From: Acidobacteriota bacterium
GTDB lineage: Bacteria > Acidobacteriota > Thermoanaerobaculia > Multivoradales > UBA5704
NCBI GenBank assembly: GCA_046765915.1
Contig: JBKPTH010000063.1
Location: 4,009-68,008 of the forward strand
Reading direction: 5' to 3'
DNA: 64,000 nucleotides
The position numbers and the translations under genes are program-made. Below are positions 37,719-47,861 of this stretch, in pieces (the first letter of the stretch is position 1; each line of letters begins with the position of its first letter). The notes beneath the pieces are model-generated. The model had not been told where the DNA came from, searched no databases, and was given only the letters and a program-made list of their open reading frames with translations.

Positions 37719-37778
37719 GTTCCCCCTCTCCAGCTCCGCTGGAGAGGGGGCCAGGGGGTGAGGTCTCGAAGGGCAGAC
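37719..37778. repeat. REP-like element copy B (inverted relative to A)
   Basis: GTTCCCCCTCTCCAGCTCCGCTGGAGAGGGGGCCAGGGGGTGAGGTCTCGAAGGG. Confidence 0.7.
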
Positions 37779-37790
37779 GCGCTCGATTCA

Positions 37791-40232
37791 CTATGCCCCC
37801 CGAAACGTCACCACCGTAGCCCCGTCCCCGCCTTCGTTCGGCGCGCCGGCGCGTACGTCGGCGATTCCCCGGTGGCCGCGCAGGTGCTCGCGTACGGCCT
37901 GGCGCAGGCGGCCGGAGCCGTGGCCGTGAATGACCCGCACCTGCCGCCGCGAGGCGAGCAGCGCCCGGTCGAGGTAGGAATCCAACTGCTCGAGCGCCGG
38001 CTCGACACGCAGGCCGATGAGGTTGATCTCCGGCGCCACCGCCGTAGCCTCGTCAAGGTCTCCGCGCTCCGGCCCTGACCGCGCCTCGCGCGCCGCCGTC
38101 TCCCGTCCTTTCCCTGAAGGTGCCTCGCCGGGCGTTGCGGGAGCCAGCTCCTCCGGACGGCAGCGCACGCGTTTGCCGCGCACCAGCACCTGCGCCCGGC
38201 CGTCCTCCAGCTTCTCCAGCACGCCCTGCCAGCCGAGCCCCAGATGGCGGACCGGCGCGCCCACTGTCAGCGGACCGGCGGGCTCGGGCGCCGCCTCCCC
38301 GAAGGTAGGCGCCTCGGCGAAGAGGCTCTCGACGGCCTCGGCGGCCAGGCCGCGCCGGCGACCCTCCTCGAAGCGCTCGCGCAGGCGGTCCACCTCGCGG
38401 CGCAGGCGCTCCGCCGTGTCGCGCCGGAAGGCATCCAGCTCCACCTTCATCTTCCTGGCGACGCTCCGCCGTTCCTCCTCCAGCGCCGACCGTTCGTCGG
38501 CCAGCCGGCGGCGGAGCTTGGCGGCGTCGGCGTGCTCGGTCTCCAGGCGGTCGCGGGTCTCGGCCAGCTCCCGCCGCACCCGCTCGACCTCGGCGAGCAG
38601 GCGCCGCAGGTCGCGGTGCTCGGAGCCCAGACGCGCTTCGGCCCGGTCGAGCCATTCCGCCGGCAGCCCCAGCCGGCGGGCGAGCGCCAAGGCCTCGCTC
38701 GCTCCCGGCGGGCCGGGGACGAGCCGGAAGGTCGGCCGTCCGGTCGCCGGATCGAACTCCATGGCCGCGCAGGAGGCGCCGTCGAGCTCCAGCGCCGCCG
38801 CGGCGAGCTGCGCCAGATGCGTCGTGATCACTCCGAGGCTGCGTTTCTCCAGCAGCCCTTCGAGCAGCGCCACGGCGAGCGCCGCGCCCTCCTCGGGATC
38901 GGTCCCCGAGCCCAGCTCGTCGAGGAGGATGAGACTGTCCGGCCCCGCCCCCTCCCATGCCTCCTTCAAGCGCAGCAACCGGCCGCTGAAGGTGGAGCGG
39001 TCGGCGAGCAGGTCCTGCTCGTCCCCCACCGTCGCCACCAGCCGCGCCAGGAACGGCACGCGGCTCCCCGGCGCCGCAGGGATCGGCAGGCCGCACTGCG
39101 CGAGCAGCGCGAGGATGCCCGCCGTCTTCAGCGCCACCGTCTTGCCGCCCGCGTTCGGGCCGGTGACGACGAGGATACGGCGGTCCGGCGACAGCTCGAA
39201 ATCGAGCGGCACGATGTCTCCCGAGTGCCCCGCCTGGCCCAGCGCCTCCTCGCGCACGTCGCCGAGGCACGGGTCAAGGAGCGGATGCCGCGCCGCAAGG
39301 AGCCGCAGGTCGTGCCGCGCCCCGATCTCCGGCAGGCTCCCGCCGCAGCGCTCGCCGAAGCGCGCCGAGGCCTGCAGCAGGTCGAGATCGGCGAGGAAGT
39401 GGGCGTGCTCGCGCAGCGCCGGCAAAGCCTCCCGGGCCGCCTCGATCAGCTCCATCAGGATCCGTCGCCGCTCCGCCTCCTCGTCCTCGACGGACTGCTG
39501 CAGCGAGTTGTTCGACTCGACGACGTGCAGCGGCTCGAAGTAGAGGCTGCGGCCGGTGGCCGAGCGGCCGTGGACGAGGCCGCCGCTGCGTCCGCGCGCG
39601 CCGGCTTGCAGCATCACCACCAGGCGGCCGCCACGCAGCGGAATGGTCTCCTCCGAGAGATCCTCCTGATGGCCGGCGACGAACTCGCCCAGCTCGCGGT
39701 AGATCTGGTCGCGCACCGTGCGGATCTGCCGGCGCAGCGCGGCGAGGCGCGGGCTCGCGTCCTCGCGCACCTCGCCGCGGCGATCGAGGGTGCGCTCGAT
39801 GCGCTGGAGGAGCGGCTGGACGTCGGGCAGCTCCCGCGCCGCCGCGGCGAGCGCGGGGCAGGGAGGGACCGCCTCGACGATCCTCGTCGCCGCGGCGCGA
39901 GTGGCCTTCCCCAGGTCCGCCAGACGCACCAGGTCGATGCCTTCGAGCGGCGGCCGGCCGGTCGACAGCCGCTCCATCAGCTCGCCCAGCGGCACCTCGA
40001 ACTCCGGCACCAGCCCGCGCTCGCCGACGAGCCGCGACGCCTCTTCGAACAACGTGCGCCGCGCCCGCAGCCCGCCCTCCTCCGCGAACGGCCGCAGGTC
40101 CAGCACGCGCTCGCGCCCCAGATCGCTCGCCGCGAAGCGCGACACCACGGCGAGCAGGCTGGGAAACTCCAGCGCCTGGGATGTGGCTTGGGAAAGGATG
40201 GGAGAGGAGGAAAGGAAAGCCTCGGTCACCAC
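37791..40232 (-). CDS. mutS2: Endonuclease MutS2 (Smr domain)
   Basis: Walker A GPNAGGKT. MutS domain V. C-terminal Smr (VRVIHGHGSGRLRQAV). Confidence 0.85.
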   Translation of the reverse strand: MVTEAFLSSSPILSQATSQALEFPSLLAVVSRFAASDLGRERVLDLRPFAEEGGLRARRTLFEEASRLVGERGLVPEFEVPLGELMERLSTGRPPLEGIDLVRLADLGKATRAAATRIVEAVPPCPALAAAARELPDVQPLLQRIERTLDRRGEVREDASPRLAALRRQIRTVRDQIYRELGEFVAGHQEDLSEETIPLRGGRLVVMLQAGARGRSGGLVHGRSATGRSLYFEPLHVVESNNSLQQSVEDEEAERRRILMELIEAAREALPALREHAHFLADLDLLQASARFGERCGGSLPEIGARHDLRLLAARHPLLDPCLGDVREEALGQAGHSGDIVPLDFELSPDRRILVVTGPNAGGKTVALKTAGILALLAQCGLPIPAAPGSRVPFLARLVATVGDEQDLLADRSTFSGRLLRLKEAWEGAGPDSLILLDELGSGTDPEEGAALAVALLEGLLEKRSLGVITTHLAQLAAAALELDGASCAAMEFDPATGRPTFRLVPGPPGASEALALARRLGLPAEWLDRAEARLGSEHRDLRRLLAEVERVRRELAETRDRLETEHADAAKLRRRLADERSALEEERRSVARKMKVELDAFRRDTAERLRREVDRLRERFEEGRRRGLAAEAVESLFAEAPTFGEAAPEPAGPLTVGAPVRHLGLGWQGVLEKLEDGRAQVLVRGKRVRCRPEELAPATPGEAPSGKGRETAAREARSGPERGDLDEATAVAPEINLIGLRVEPALEQLDSYLDRALLASRRQVRVIHGHGSGRLRQAVREHLRGHRGIADVRAGAPNEGGDGATVVTFRGA

Positions 40233-40258
40233 GCTCAGTGTAACAGCGGGGACATGCC

Positions 40259-40312
40259 CTTCGAGACCTCACCCCCTGGCCCCCTCTCCAGCGGAGCTGG
40301 AGAGGGGGAACG
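40259..40312. repeat. REP-like element copy C
   Basis: TTCGAGACCTCACCCCCTGGCCCCCTCTCCAGCGGAGCTGGAGAGGGGGAACG. It supplies the last codons and stop of the zf-HC2 gene. Confidence 0.7.
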
Positions 40313-40847
40313 AGGAGAGATATCCCGCCACCGCGAACAGCCCTTCGGGCGTGGCTCGGCCGGTCTCGACCAAATCGCGGAAAAACAGCAGCGCCACCGC
40401 CGCTCCCTGGCGGAGACCGCCGGCGCGGAGGATGGGGAACAGCTCTCCGGCGAGCCGGCGCACCTCGCGCATGCGGCCCTCCCGCTGGTAGAGGAGGGCG
40501 AGGTCGAGCAGCACCACGGCCGCCTCGCCACCGAGGCCGGCGAGGAGAAAGCCGCGGCGGGCCTCGAGGAAGGCGCGCTCCGCCTCCCGAAGCGAGCCGC
40601 GGGCCGCTTCGATCCGGCCTTCCAGGTGCCGCAGCCGCGGGAGGATCGGCCGCGCCAGCTCCTCCCCAGCAACGGCCGGCACGGCTTCCAGCCGCGTCTC
40701 GCCCAGCCGCCACAGGCGTCGCGTCACCTGGAGGCACTCCCCGCATCCGACAAGAAGATGTCGGACCACGACACGATTCTCATCCCGCGTTGCCTCATCG
40801 CGCATGAAACTTTCGAGGAGTTGCGGATCAGGATGGTCTTTCGGCAT
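40269..40847 (-). CDS. zf-HC2 (H-x3-C-x2-C) domain protein, putative anti-sigma/regulatory
   Basis: HLLVGCGECLQ motif. High GC3. The C-terminal codons run into the REP copy. Confidence 0.5.
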   Translation of the reverse strand: MPKDHPDPQLLESFMRDEATRDENRVVVRHLLVGCGECLQVTRRLWRLGETRLEAVPAVAGEELARPILPRLRHLEGRIEAARGSLREAERAFLEARRGFLLAGLGGEAAVVLLDLALLYQREGRMREVRRLAGELFPILRAGGLRQGAAVALLFFRDLVETGRATPEGLFAVAGYLSSFPLSSSAGEGARG

Positions 40848-41113
40848 GGCTTTCGGGATGCCTGGGGTCAGATCTTCGTCACTTCCTACGTCATTCGGAG
40901 CCCTCAGGGACTCGGGGTCCGGGACTCACGAAGAGAGTATTTTCGGACTGATTATAGAGCACATATTGTCGAAGGAGACAACTTTCTCACGGACCACAAC
41001 ACGGAACGGAGAGACAAGTCACGCCTTCCAAGAACATCTCTTGTCCGTCCAAGTCATTGACACACATAAGTTTGCGCTTGCATCAAGGCTCGGCAAGGGG
41101 TAGATTCCCGGGC

Positions 41114-41566
41114 ATGGCACTCTTCACAGGACTCGGAAGGGCACTCCGCTGGCTCCGCGACCGGCAGAACAAGCGGCAGTATCAGATTGCCGACACCGCC
41201 GGCATCACCAAGGCGATGCTCTCGGCCTATGAGACCGGCAAGCAGAAGCCGTCCCTCGATACGCTGGAAAAAATCCTGACCGCCCTGGAGTGCGATCTCA
41301 ACGACCTCCATAAGGCCCTGCGGATCGTCAACGACCAACCGGAAGCCCTCGGCCAACCCGGCATGCTGCGGGAGGAATCGCCGCCCTATCGCCGCGAGGA
41401 AGAAGGCGGCTCCCACCTCGATCTCTACCGCGTCCTCGGCCTCAGCCGCCGGATCCCGGTGGAAGAAGAGCGCGCCTTGAGCGAGATGCTGGAGGGCTTC
41501 CACAAGATGGTCCGCTACCTCCACAGCATGGCCCCGCAGCCCGCCGGCGGCGGCGAGGCGAGCTGA
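41114..41566 (+). CDS. XRE-family HTH transcriptional regulator
   Basis: QYQIADTAGITKAMLSAYETGKQKPSLDTLEKILTALECDL helix-turn-helix. Confidence 0.65.
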   Translation: MALFTGLGRALRWLRDRQNKRQYQIADTAGITKAMLSAYETGKQKPSLDTLEKILTALECDLNDLHKALRIVNDQPEALGQPGMLREESPPYRREEEGGSHLDLYRVLGLSRRIPVEEERALSEMLEGFHKMVRYLHSMAPQPAGGGEAS

Positions 41567-41656
41567 GCTCTCGCCACGCGCACGCTTCTTGCACCTCCCC
41601 CTCCAGCGGGCGGCTGGATGGCTGGGTTCAACGGGAGCGCCCAACGGAGATGATTC

Positions 41657-43480
41657 GTGGATGGAGATTTCGAGCGTCGATCGGCCCGCCTACGGCACGG
41701 CGATCACCTCTGCCTGATCTATCACAGCGCCGCCGAGCAGACGGCGGCCCTGGTGCCCTTTCTCAAGGCCGGCCTCGCGGCGGGAGAACGCTGCCTCTTC
41801 GTGGGCCATGCCACGAGCAGCCGGCGGCTCGTTCACGCCCTGGAAGACGCGGACGCCGACGTCGGCGCCGAGTGTGATCGCGGCGCGCTCCTTCTGCTGA
41901 CGCGGCGGGAAGACTGGCTGCCGCGGCGGACGTTCGATCCCGGCACGATGATGGATCTCCTCCGCCGGACGGAGCAGCAGGCGCTGGACGACGGCTTCTC
42001 CGGCCTGCGCGCCACCTGGAACCTGTGCTGGCTCCTGGAGGGGAACCCCGGAGCCGGCCGGCTGCTCGAGTATGAAGCGCAGCTCAATCGTTTCCTCGCC
42101 GGCAGCCGCATCTGCGCCCTCTGCCGTTATTCCCCCGATGCCTGTCCCGCTGAGGTGATTCAGGAGGCCCTCCACACCCATCCTCTGGCCGTGCTGGGCG
42201 ACCAGATCTGCTCCAACGCCTACTACGAGCCGCCTGAGATCGTGCTCGGCGACCGTTCCCCGGAAGAGCGCATCGACTGGATGATGGCCCAGCTCTGGCG
42301 CAACCGCCTCAACGAGCAGAAGCTTGAGGAGACCACTCTGCGGCTCTCCCAGAAGCGGGCGGCGCTGGCGCGGGCGGACCGGGCGAAGGAGGATCTGCTC
42401 GCCATGCTCGCCCACGAGCTGCGCAATCCGCTCGGCGTCATCAGCAACGCGCTGCAGGTGATCCGGATGAAGGGCGACGGCGACGGGACGAGGCTCCGGG
42501 CCATCGACGCCGCCGAGCGGCAGGTCCACCACCAGGCGATGCTCATCGACGACCTGCTGGAAGCCTCCGTCGTCCTCCGCGGCGACGTCGAGCTGCACCT
42601 GGAGAACCTGGACCTCGCGGAGCTGGTGCGCGAGACCGCCGAGGGGCACCTGCAGTCGTTCGAGGACGCCGGCCTGAAGCTCGACCTCGAGCTGCCGCGC
42701 GAGCCGTTGCCCGTGCGCGGCGACCGGCTGCGGCTCTCCCAAGCCCTCGCCAATCTGCTGGACAATGCCGTCAAGTTCACCGCGGCCGGCGCCACCATCG
42801 CCGTACGCGCGGCGCGCACGCCGGGCGGCCGGCGGGCCGAGGTCCGCGTCACTGACGAAGGCGCCGGCATCGAGCGGGAAGAGCTGCCGCACGTCTTCGA
42901 AGTCTTCACCCAGGCCGATCAAAGCCTCGACCGCGCACTCGGCGGCCTCGGCGTCGGCCTCGCCATCGTCAAGGGTCTCGTCGAGATGCACGGCGGCGAG
43001 GTCGAAGCGCGTAGCGAAGGACCGGGGAAGGGCGCGGAATTCATCTTCTGGATTCCCCTCGCCGCCGCGGCCGCAGTCGCAGACCAGCCCGCGGTGGCGC
43101 AGAGCGCGATGAAGGTCCTGGTCGTCGAAGACAATCCCGACGCCGGCGCCATGATGCGCGAATTCCTCGAGCTCTCGGGGCATGAGGTCGAGCTCGCGGC
43201 CTCCGGCAGGGACGGCGTCGAAGCCGCCCGCCAGTTTCATCCCGAGGTGGTGCTCTGCGATCTCGGGCTGCCCGGCATGAACGGCTACGAAGTCGCGGCC
43301 GAGCTGCGGCGCGATCCCTCCACCCGCTCCGCCAAGCTGATCGCCGTCACCGGCTATGGCCGCGACGAAGACCGCCGCCGCTCCAAGGAAGCCGGATTCG
43401 ACCTCCACCTCACCAAGCCTGTCGATCCCGCCCAGCTCCGCGCCTTGCTGGAAGAGCGGCAGGCAAGCCGGACGCACTGA
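41657..43480 (+). CDS. Hybrid sensor histidine kinase/response regulator with N-terminal MEDS domain
   Basis: HLCLIYHS (MEDS), LAHELRNPL (H-box), HATPase motifs, C-terminal receiver (VLVVEDNPD...LHLTKP). Confidence 0.8.
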   Translation: MDGDFERRSARLRHGDHLCLIYHSAAEQTAALVPFLKAGLAAGERCLFVGHATSSRRLVHALEDADADVGAECDRGALLLLTRREDWLPRRTFDPGTMMDLLRRTEQQALDDGFSGLRATWNLCWLLEGNPGAGRLLEYEAQLNRFLAGSRICALCRYSPDACPAEVIQEALHTHPLAVLGDQICSNAYYEPPEIVLGDRSPEERIDWMMAQLWRNRLNEQKLEETTLRLSQKRAALARADRAKEDLLAMLAHELRNPLGVISNALQVIRMKGDGDGTRLRAIDAAERQVHHQAMLIDDLLEASVVLRGDVELHLENLDLAELVRETAEGHLQSFEDAGLKLDLELPREPLPVRGDRLRLSQALANLLDNAVKFTAAGATIAVRAARTPGGRRAEVRVTDEGAGIEREELPHVFEVFTQADQSLDRALGGLGVGLAIVKGLVEMHGGEVEARSEGPGKGAEFIFWIPLAAAAAVADQPAVAQSAMKVLVVEDNPDAGAMMREFLELSGHEVELAASGRDGVEAARQFHPEVVLCDLGLPGMNGYEVAAELRRDPSTRSAKLIAVTGYGRDEDRRRSKEAGFDLHLTKPVDPAQLRALLEERQASRTH

Positions 43481-43574
43481 GCAAGCCGGCGCTCGCTCCT
43501 CCTACCTCCAAGGCCACAGGTCTCCACCGCCTGGCCCTCGACGGGAGCAACTGAGATAGCCTTGCGCCCGCGTC

Positions 43575-44915
43575 ATGCCTCGCCGCCTCTCCCTCGTCCT
43601 CCTGCTCGCCGCCGCCTTGCTCTCCTGCCACCGCGAGGCGCCGCGCCCGCGCAACGTGATCTTCATCCTGGTGGATACGCTGCGCGCCGATCGCCTGGGC
43701 ACCTATGGCTACGGGCGCGCCACCAGTCCGCACGTCGACGCCTTCGCGCGCGACGCCGTCCGGTTCGCCGACGCCCGCAGCCAGTCCTCGTGCACGTTTC
43801 CCTCCGCCAACTCGATGCTCACCTCACGCTGGCCGTCCGCCTTCCTCGATCAGCCGGGGAAGGCGCTGGGCATTCCCGCGACGATTCCCTCCCTCGCCGA
43901 GATCCTGCGCCGCCACGGCTTCCATACGGTCGCCGTGTCGGCGAGCGCGGTGGTGCGCGTTTCGCCCAGCCGCTTCAACCCGACCGGCGGCTTCGGCCGC
44001 GGCTTCGACGTGTTCCAGGAAGACTGCGTCTGGAAGCCCGCCGCCTGCGTCAACGAGAGGGCGGCAGAGCACCTGAAATCAGGCGGCCGGCCGCTCTTCC
44101 TCTACCTCCACTACATCGATCCGCACGGCCCGTACCGGCCGCCGCAGACCTGGCGCCGCAAGTTCGCCCATGGCCGGCCGGCGCAAGAGTGGCTCCGCCT
44201 CGGCAATCCCAATCCGATCGGCGATTGGCTCTACAGCGGCAAGCCGAATCCCGGCCTCACGCCCGCCGGCCTGCGCTTCCTGAAGGATCTCTACGACGAG
44301 GAGATCGCCTACTTCGACGCCCGCTTCGGCGAGTTGCTGGCGGCTATGCGCGCCACCGGCCGGCTCGACGATTCGCTCGTCGTCTTCGCCTCCGACCACG
44401 GCGAGGAGTTCCTCGAGCATGGCCACATCAAGCACTGCCGGAACCTCTTCGACACCTCGATCAGGGTGCCGCTCCTGTTGCGGATTCCCGGCGTCGAAGG
44501 CAAGACGGTCTCGCGGCCGGTGCAGAACCTCGACCTCGTCCCCACCATCCTCGATTACCTCGGCCTCGAAACCAAAGCCCCCTTGGAAGGAAAGAGCCTG
44601 CGGCCGGTCATCGAGGAGCGCGCGAAGACGGACGAGCTCCAGTTCGCCCTGCAGGGGACCTACCGCAGCGCTTCCGACGGACGCTTCAAGCTGATCCAGG
44701 ACCTCGGCTCCGGCGCCGTCTCCCTCTTCGATCTCGCCGCCGATCCCGGCGAGACGGCGGACGTCCTGCGCCGCGAGCGCCGCGCCTACGCCCGCCTGCG
44801 CGACGCCCTCACCGCCTGGATCGGCCGCAGCGAAGGACGAGGGATGGAGACCGAGAGCCTGCGGAAGGCGCGCGAGGCCGAGGAGAGGCTGCGGTCACTC
44901 GGATATATCGAGTAG
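43575..44915 (+). CDS. Sulfatase-family (alkaline-phosphatase superfamily) protein, secreted
   Basis: NVIFILVDTLRADRLGTYGY...SSCTFPSANS. Atypical C-x-P-x motif lacking the canonical Arg. Confidence 0.72.
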   Translation: MPRRLSLVLLLAAALLSCHREAPRPRNVIFILVDTLRADRLGTYGYGRATSPHVDAFARDAVRFADARSQSSCTFPSANSMLTSRWPSAFLDQPGKALGIPATIPSLAEILRRHGFHTVAVSASAVVRVSPSRFNPTGGFGRGFDVFQEDCVWKPAACVNERAAEHLKSGGRPLFLYLHYIDPHGPYRPPQTWRRKFAHGRPAQEWLRLGNPNPIGDWLYSGKPNPGLTPAGLRFLKDLYDEEIAYFDARFGELLAAMRATGRLDDSLVVFASDHGEEFLEHGHIKHCRNLFDTSIRVPLLLRIPGVEGKTVSRPVQNLDLVPTILDYLGLETKAPLEGKSLRPVIEERAKTDELQFALQGTYRSASDGRFKLIQDLGSGAVSLFDLAADPGETADVLRRERRAYARLRDALTAWIGRSEGRGMETESLRKAREAEERLRSLGYIE

Positions 44916-45023
44916 ACAGACCGCGGAGCCTGCGGGCCGGGAATGCCGTTGACCTCTCCGGCGTTCTCGTGAGAGCATCCTTCCCTCGCTTCCCAAGCGA
45001 GGCGAAAGAAGCTAGGATACTGA

Positions 45024-45101
<78 letters not shown>

Positions 45102-45132
45102 CCTCGACAGATCCGCCACAGAGGCGTTGAAG

Positions 45133-45165
45133 GCAGGGTCGGCGAAAGCCCCCTGCTTTTTTGCT
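45133..45165 (+). terminator. Rho-independent terminator after tRNA-fMet
   Basis: GCAGGG-TCGGCGAAAGCC-CCCTGC followed by TTTTTT. Confidence 0.5.
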
Positions 45166-45191
45166 ATTCGGCGCCGCAAGGAGAGAAGCGC

Positions 45192-46820
45192 TTGAACCTG
45201 GAGAATCGCAAGATCCTCGTGCTGGGCGGCTACGGCCTGGTCGGCATGGCCGTCTGCCGCGAGCTGTTGGTCCGCAGGCCGCGGGAGATCCAGATCCACA
45301 GCCTTCGCATCGAAGAGTCGGAGAAGGCGGCCGAGGAGCTGCAGGCCGAGGCCGGATCGACCGTGCTCTCCACCTCGGCCGGCAACATCTTCGGCCTGGT
45401 CCGGCAGGGCTCCGTCCGCGAGCGCATCCGCGCCGAGCTGCGCCGGCTGGACGACGAAGACCTCGGCACGTTCGTTCTCTACGACGTCCTCGTCCGCTCG
45501 CGCCCCGACGTGGTGATCGACTGCGTCAACACGGCGACGGGCATCGCCTACGGCGACCTCTTCCGTTCCGCCGAAGAGCTGCTGCGGCAGTTGGAGGGAG
45601 GCGAGGTCGATCCCGGCGCCGCCGAGCGCCTGCTGGACGCTCTCTACATGCCGCGGCTCATCCGCCACATCCAGGTCATGTACCGCGGCATGATCGACTC
45701 CGGCACCCTCGCCTACGTCAAGGTGGGAACCACCGGCACCGGCGGCATGGGGCTCAACATCCCCTACACCCATTCCGAGGAGCGGCCGAGCCGCGTGCTG
45801 CTCTCGAAGAGCGCCCTCGCCGGCGCACAGTCCATGCTCCTCTTCCTGATGGCGCGCACCCCGGGCGCCCCCATCACCAAGGAGATCAAGCCGGCGGCGG
45901 CCATCGCCTGGAAGCGCATGGGCTACGGTCCCATCGCGCCGCGCGGCAAGCCGCTGCAGATGATGGATGCCCGGCCCATGCCTATGGGAATGACCTTCTC
46001 CACCGAAGACCCAGACGCCGCGCGGGTCCGCGACGAGCCCTATCAGAACGTCTTCATCGACACCGGCGAGAACGGCGTCTTCAGCCTGGAGGAGTTCTCG
46101 GCCGTCACCAGCCACGAGCAGATGGAGTTCGTCACGCCCGAGGAGATCGCCCGCTACCTGGTCTTCGAGATCGAGGGGCAGGGCTCCGGCTACGACATCG
46201 TCAACGCCCTCGACAGCGCCGTGCTGGGTCCCACCTATCGCGCCGGCATCCTGCGGCACTGGGCGCTGGAGCGGCTGCGCGAGCTGGAACAGGAGCACGG
46301 CGTGCGCAGCGTCGCCTTCGAGATGCTGGGACCGCCGCGCGTCTCGAAGCTCCTTTTCGAGGCTCACCTGCTGCGTCTGGCCTACCCGAACATGAAGGCG
46401 GCGCGGGAGTCGACCCCTGAGCAGGTGCGGGATGCGCTGAACCGCCTGGTGCGGGAAAACCCCGAAGAAGCCAACCGCGTCGTCTCCGTGGGGATCCCCA
46501 TCCTGCTGGACTCGGGAGAGATCGTGCGCGGCGTGAAGGTGTTGGTCCCTGAAGACGCCGCGGACGAGCCCGTGACACCCGAGAAGCTCGAGCGTTGGGT
46601 GCGCGACGGCTGGGTGGACCTCCGCCTCGCCAACTGCGCCGTCTGGATCGAGCGCTTCCAGAAGATCCACGCCGAAGTCGAAGCCATACCGCCTGGAGAC
46701 AGCTCCAGCCGCTATCTCCGCAGCCGTCGCTTCTGGCACAAAGTGGACGAGATCCAGCCCGGCAAGGTGGTGGCCTGGATCCTCGGCTCGGAAGAGGACG
46801 GATACCGGAACAAGCGGTAG
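45192..46820 (+). CDS. NAD(P)-binding Rossmann-fold protein (saccharopine-dehydrogenase/epimerase-like N-terminus) with large C-terminal extension
   Basis: KILVLGGYGLVGMAV. AAGGAGAGAAG SD before the TTG. 542 aa. Confidence 0.6.
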   Translation: MNLENRKILVLGGYGLVGMAVCRELLVRRPREIQIHSLRIEESEKAAEELQAEAGSTVLSTSAGNIFGLVRQGSVRERIRAELRRLDDEDLGTFVLYDVLVRSRPDVVIDCVNTATGIAYGDLFRSAEELLRQLEGGEVDPGAAERLLDALYMPRLIRHIQVMYRGMIDSGTLAYVKVGTTGTGGMGLNIPYTHSEERPSRVLLSKSALAGAQSMLLFLMARTPGAPITKEIKPAAAIAWKRMGYGPIAPRGKPLQMMDARPMPMGMTFSTEDPDAARVRDEPYQNVFIDTGENGVFSLEEFSAVTSHEQMEFVTPEEIARYLVFEIEGQGSGYDIVNALDSAVLGPTYRAGILRHWALERLRELEQEHGVRSVAFEMLGPPRVSKLLFEAHLLRLAYPNMKAARESTPEQVRDALNRLVRENPEEANRVVSVGIPILLDSGEIVRGVKVLVPEDAADEPVTPEKLERWVRDGWVDLRLANCAVWIERFQKIHAEVEAIPPGDSSSRYLRSRRFWHKVDEIQPGKVVAWILGSEEDGYRNKR

Positions 46821-47025
46821 GGGTGCGTTTACCATAATTCAGGTATCCACACCCCGATTCAGCGCCGGTCCGATCCCGCTCTCACCTCTCAAGTTGTTGA
46901 TTCCACTCGGTATCGGTGCCTTCGTCCTGTCTGGCACCGGGCTTGCCTTTCTCCTTTCCTGCGCGCGACAACAGCGGATCACCAACGAACCGGGTCCCAT
47001 GAGAGACCCAGAAGGAGACAGGATC

Positions 47026-47703
47026 ATGCGTTCCAAGGCTCGTACCCTCTCGCTTTCGCTCGCCCTCGGCCTTCTCGCGGTGGCAACGGCGCATGCCGCA
47101 TGCCCGACCGCCCCGGTGTACGTCGACCTCAAGACCGGCACCGCGATTGCGATTGGTGGCGCCAATCCCAATATCACGCTCTCCGGTTTCATCCCCAGCC
47201 CCGTGGTGGGGTGCGGAGGATGGAGAGAGGGAGTGCTCAAGATCAACTTCGCCGGTGGCTGCACCAAGGCCACCTTCACGGCCCAGTGGGAAGGGCTGCC
47301 CAAGGCTTGGACGCTCAACATCGGCGACTCGCCGACCGATGACGGCTTCGGCGGCGACGCGGGTACCACGACAAAGGATGCCGAGATGTGGATCAACAAC
47401 GAAGTGATGGGCGTCGCCGCCAATGACGTGAGCCCAGGCGTAATCTACAATCAGCACCTCTCGCTGACCGACGGCGCGCTCGAGTTCGTCGTCAAGAACC
47501 AATTCCTCAGTTGGGGCCAGCCTTACGCCTTCCTCCAGACGCCGGTCAGCAATCAGCTCTTTGCTTTGGCTGCGGTGGATCCGTCGGACGTCACCAGCGG
47601 CGCCAACAACATCTATGCGGGACTGAACCGGGTGATCTTCAACGCACCAGCCAACGGCCGCCGCGGGTGCGGGCTGCGCCGGGTGATCGTCGCGCTGCAG
47701 TAG
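47026..47703 (+). CDS. Secreted hypothetical protein
   Basis: Signal peptide MRSKARTLSLSLALGLLAVATAHA. AAGGAGACAGG SD. Confidence 0.55.
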   Translation: MRSKARTLSLSLALGLLAVATAHAACPTAPVYVDLKTGTAIAIGGANPNITLSGFIPSPVVGCGGWREGVLKINFAGGCTKATFTAQWEGLPKAWTLNIGDSPTDDGFGGDAGTTTKDAEMWINNEVMGVAANDVSPGVIYNQHLSLTDGALEFVVKNQFLSWGQPYAFLQTPVSNQLFALAAVDPSDVTSGANNIYAGLNRVIFNAPANGRRGCGLRRVIVALQ

Positions 47704-47861
47704 TCGTCCTGAGCCCTCTCCTCTGGGCGCCGTCGCGGCCTTGTTCGCGGCGGCGCTCTTCCGCGGCGAGGCTTTCCACGCTACGATCGCTACGCACCTT
47801 CGAAACACGCCCGCCACACCAATCAACGCGCCATCTCCGTCCGGCGCATGGAGGACAGGCG

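Noticed and set aside
37579-37791. 70-aa minus ORF MNRARLPFETSPPGPLSSGAGEGE...
   Set aside because: Composed entirely of the two inverted REP copies. The same peptide recurs wherever the REP occurs.
38017-41060. + ORFs 38017..39543, 38244..41060 (938 aa) and minus 38053..39270, 39274..40746
   Set aside because: Shadows of mutS2 and the zf-HC2 gene.
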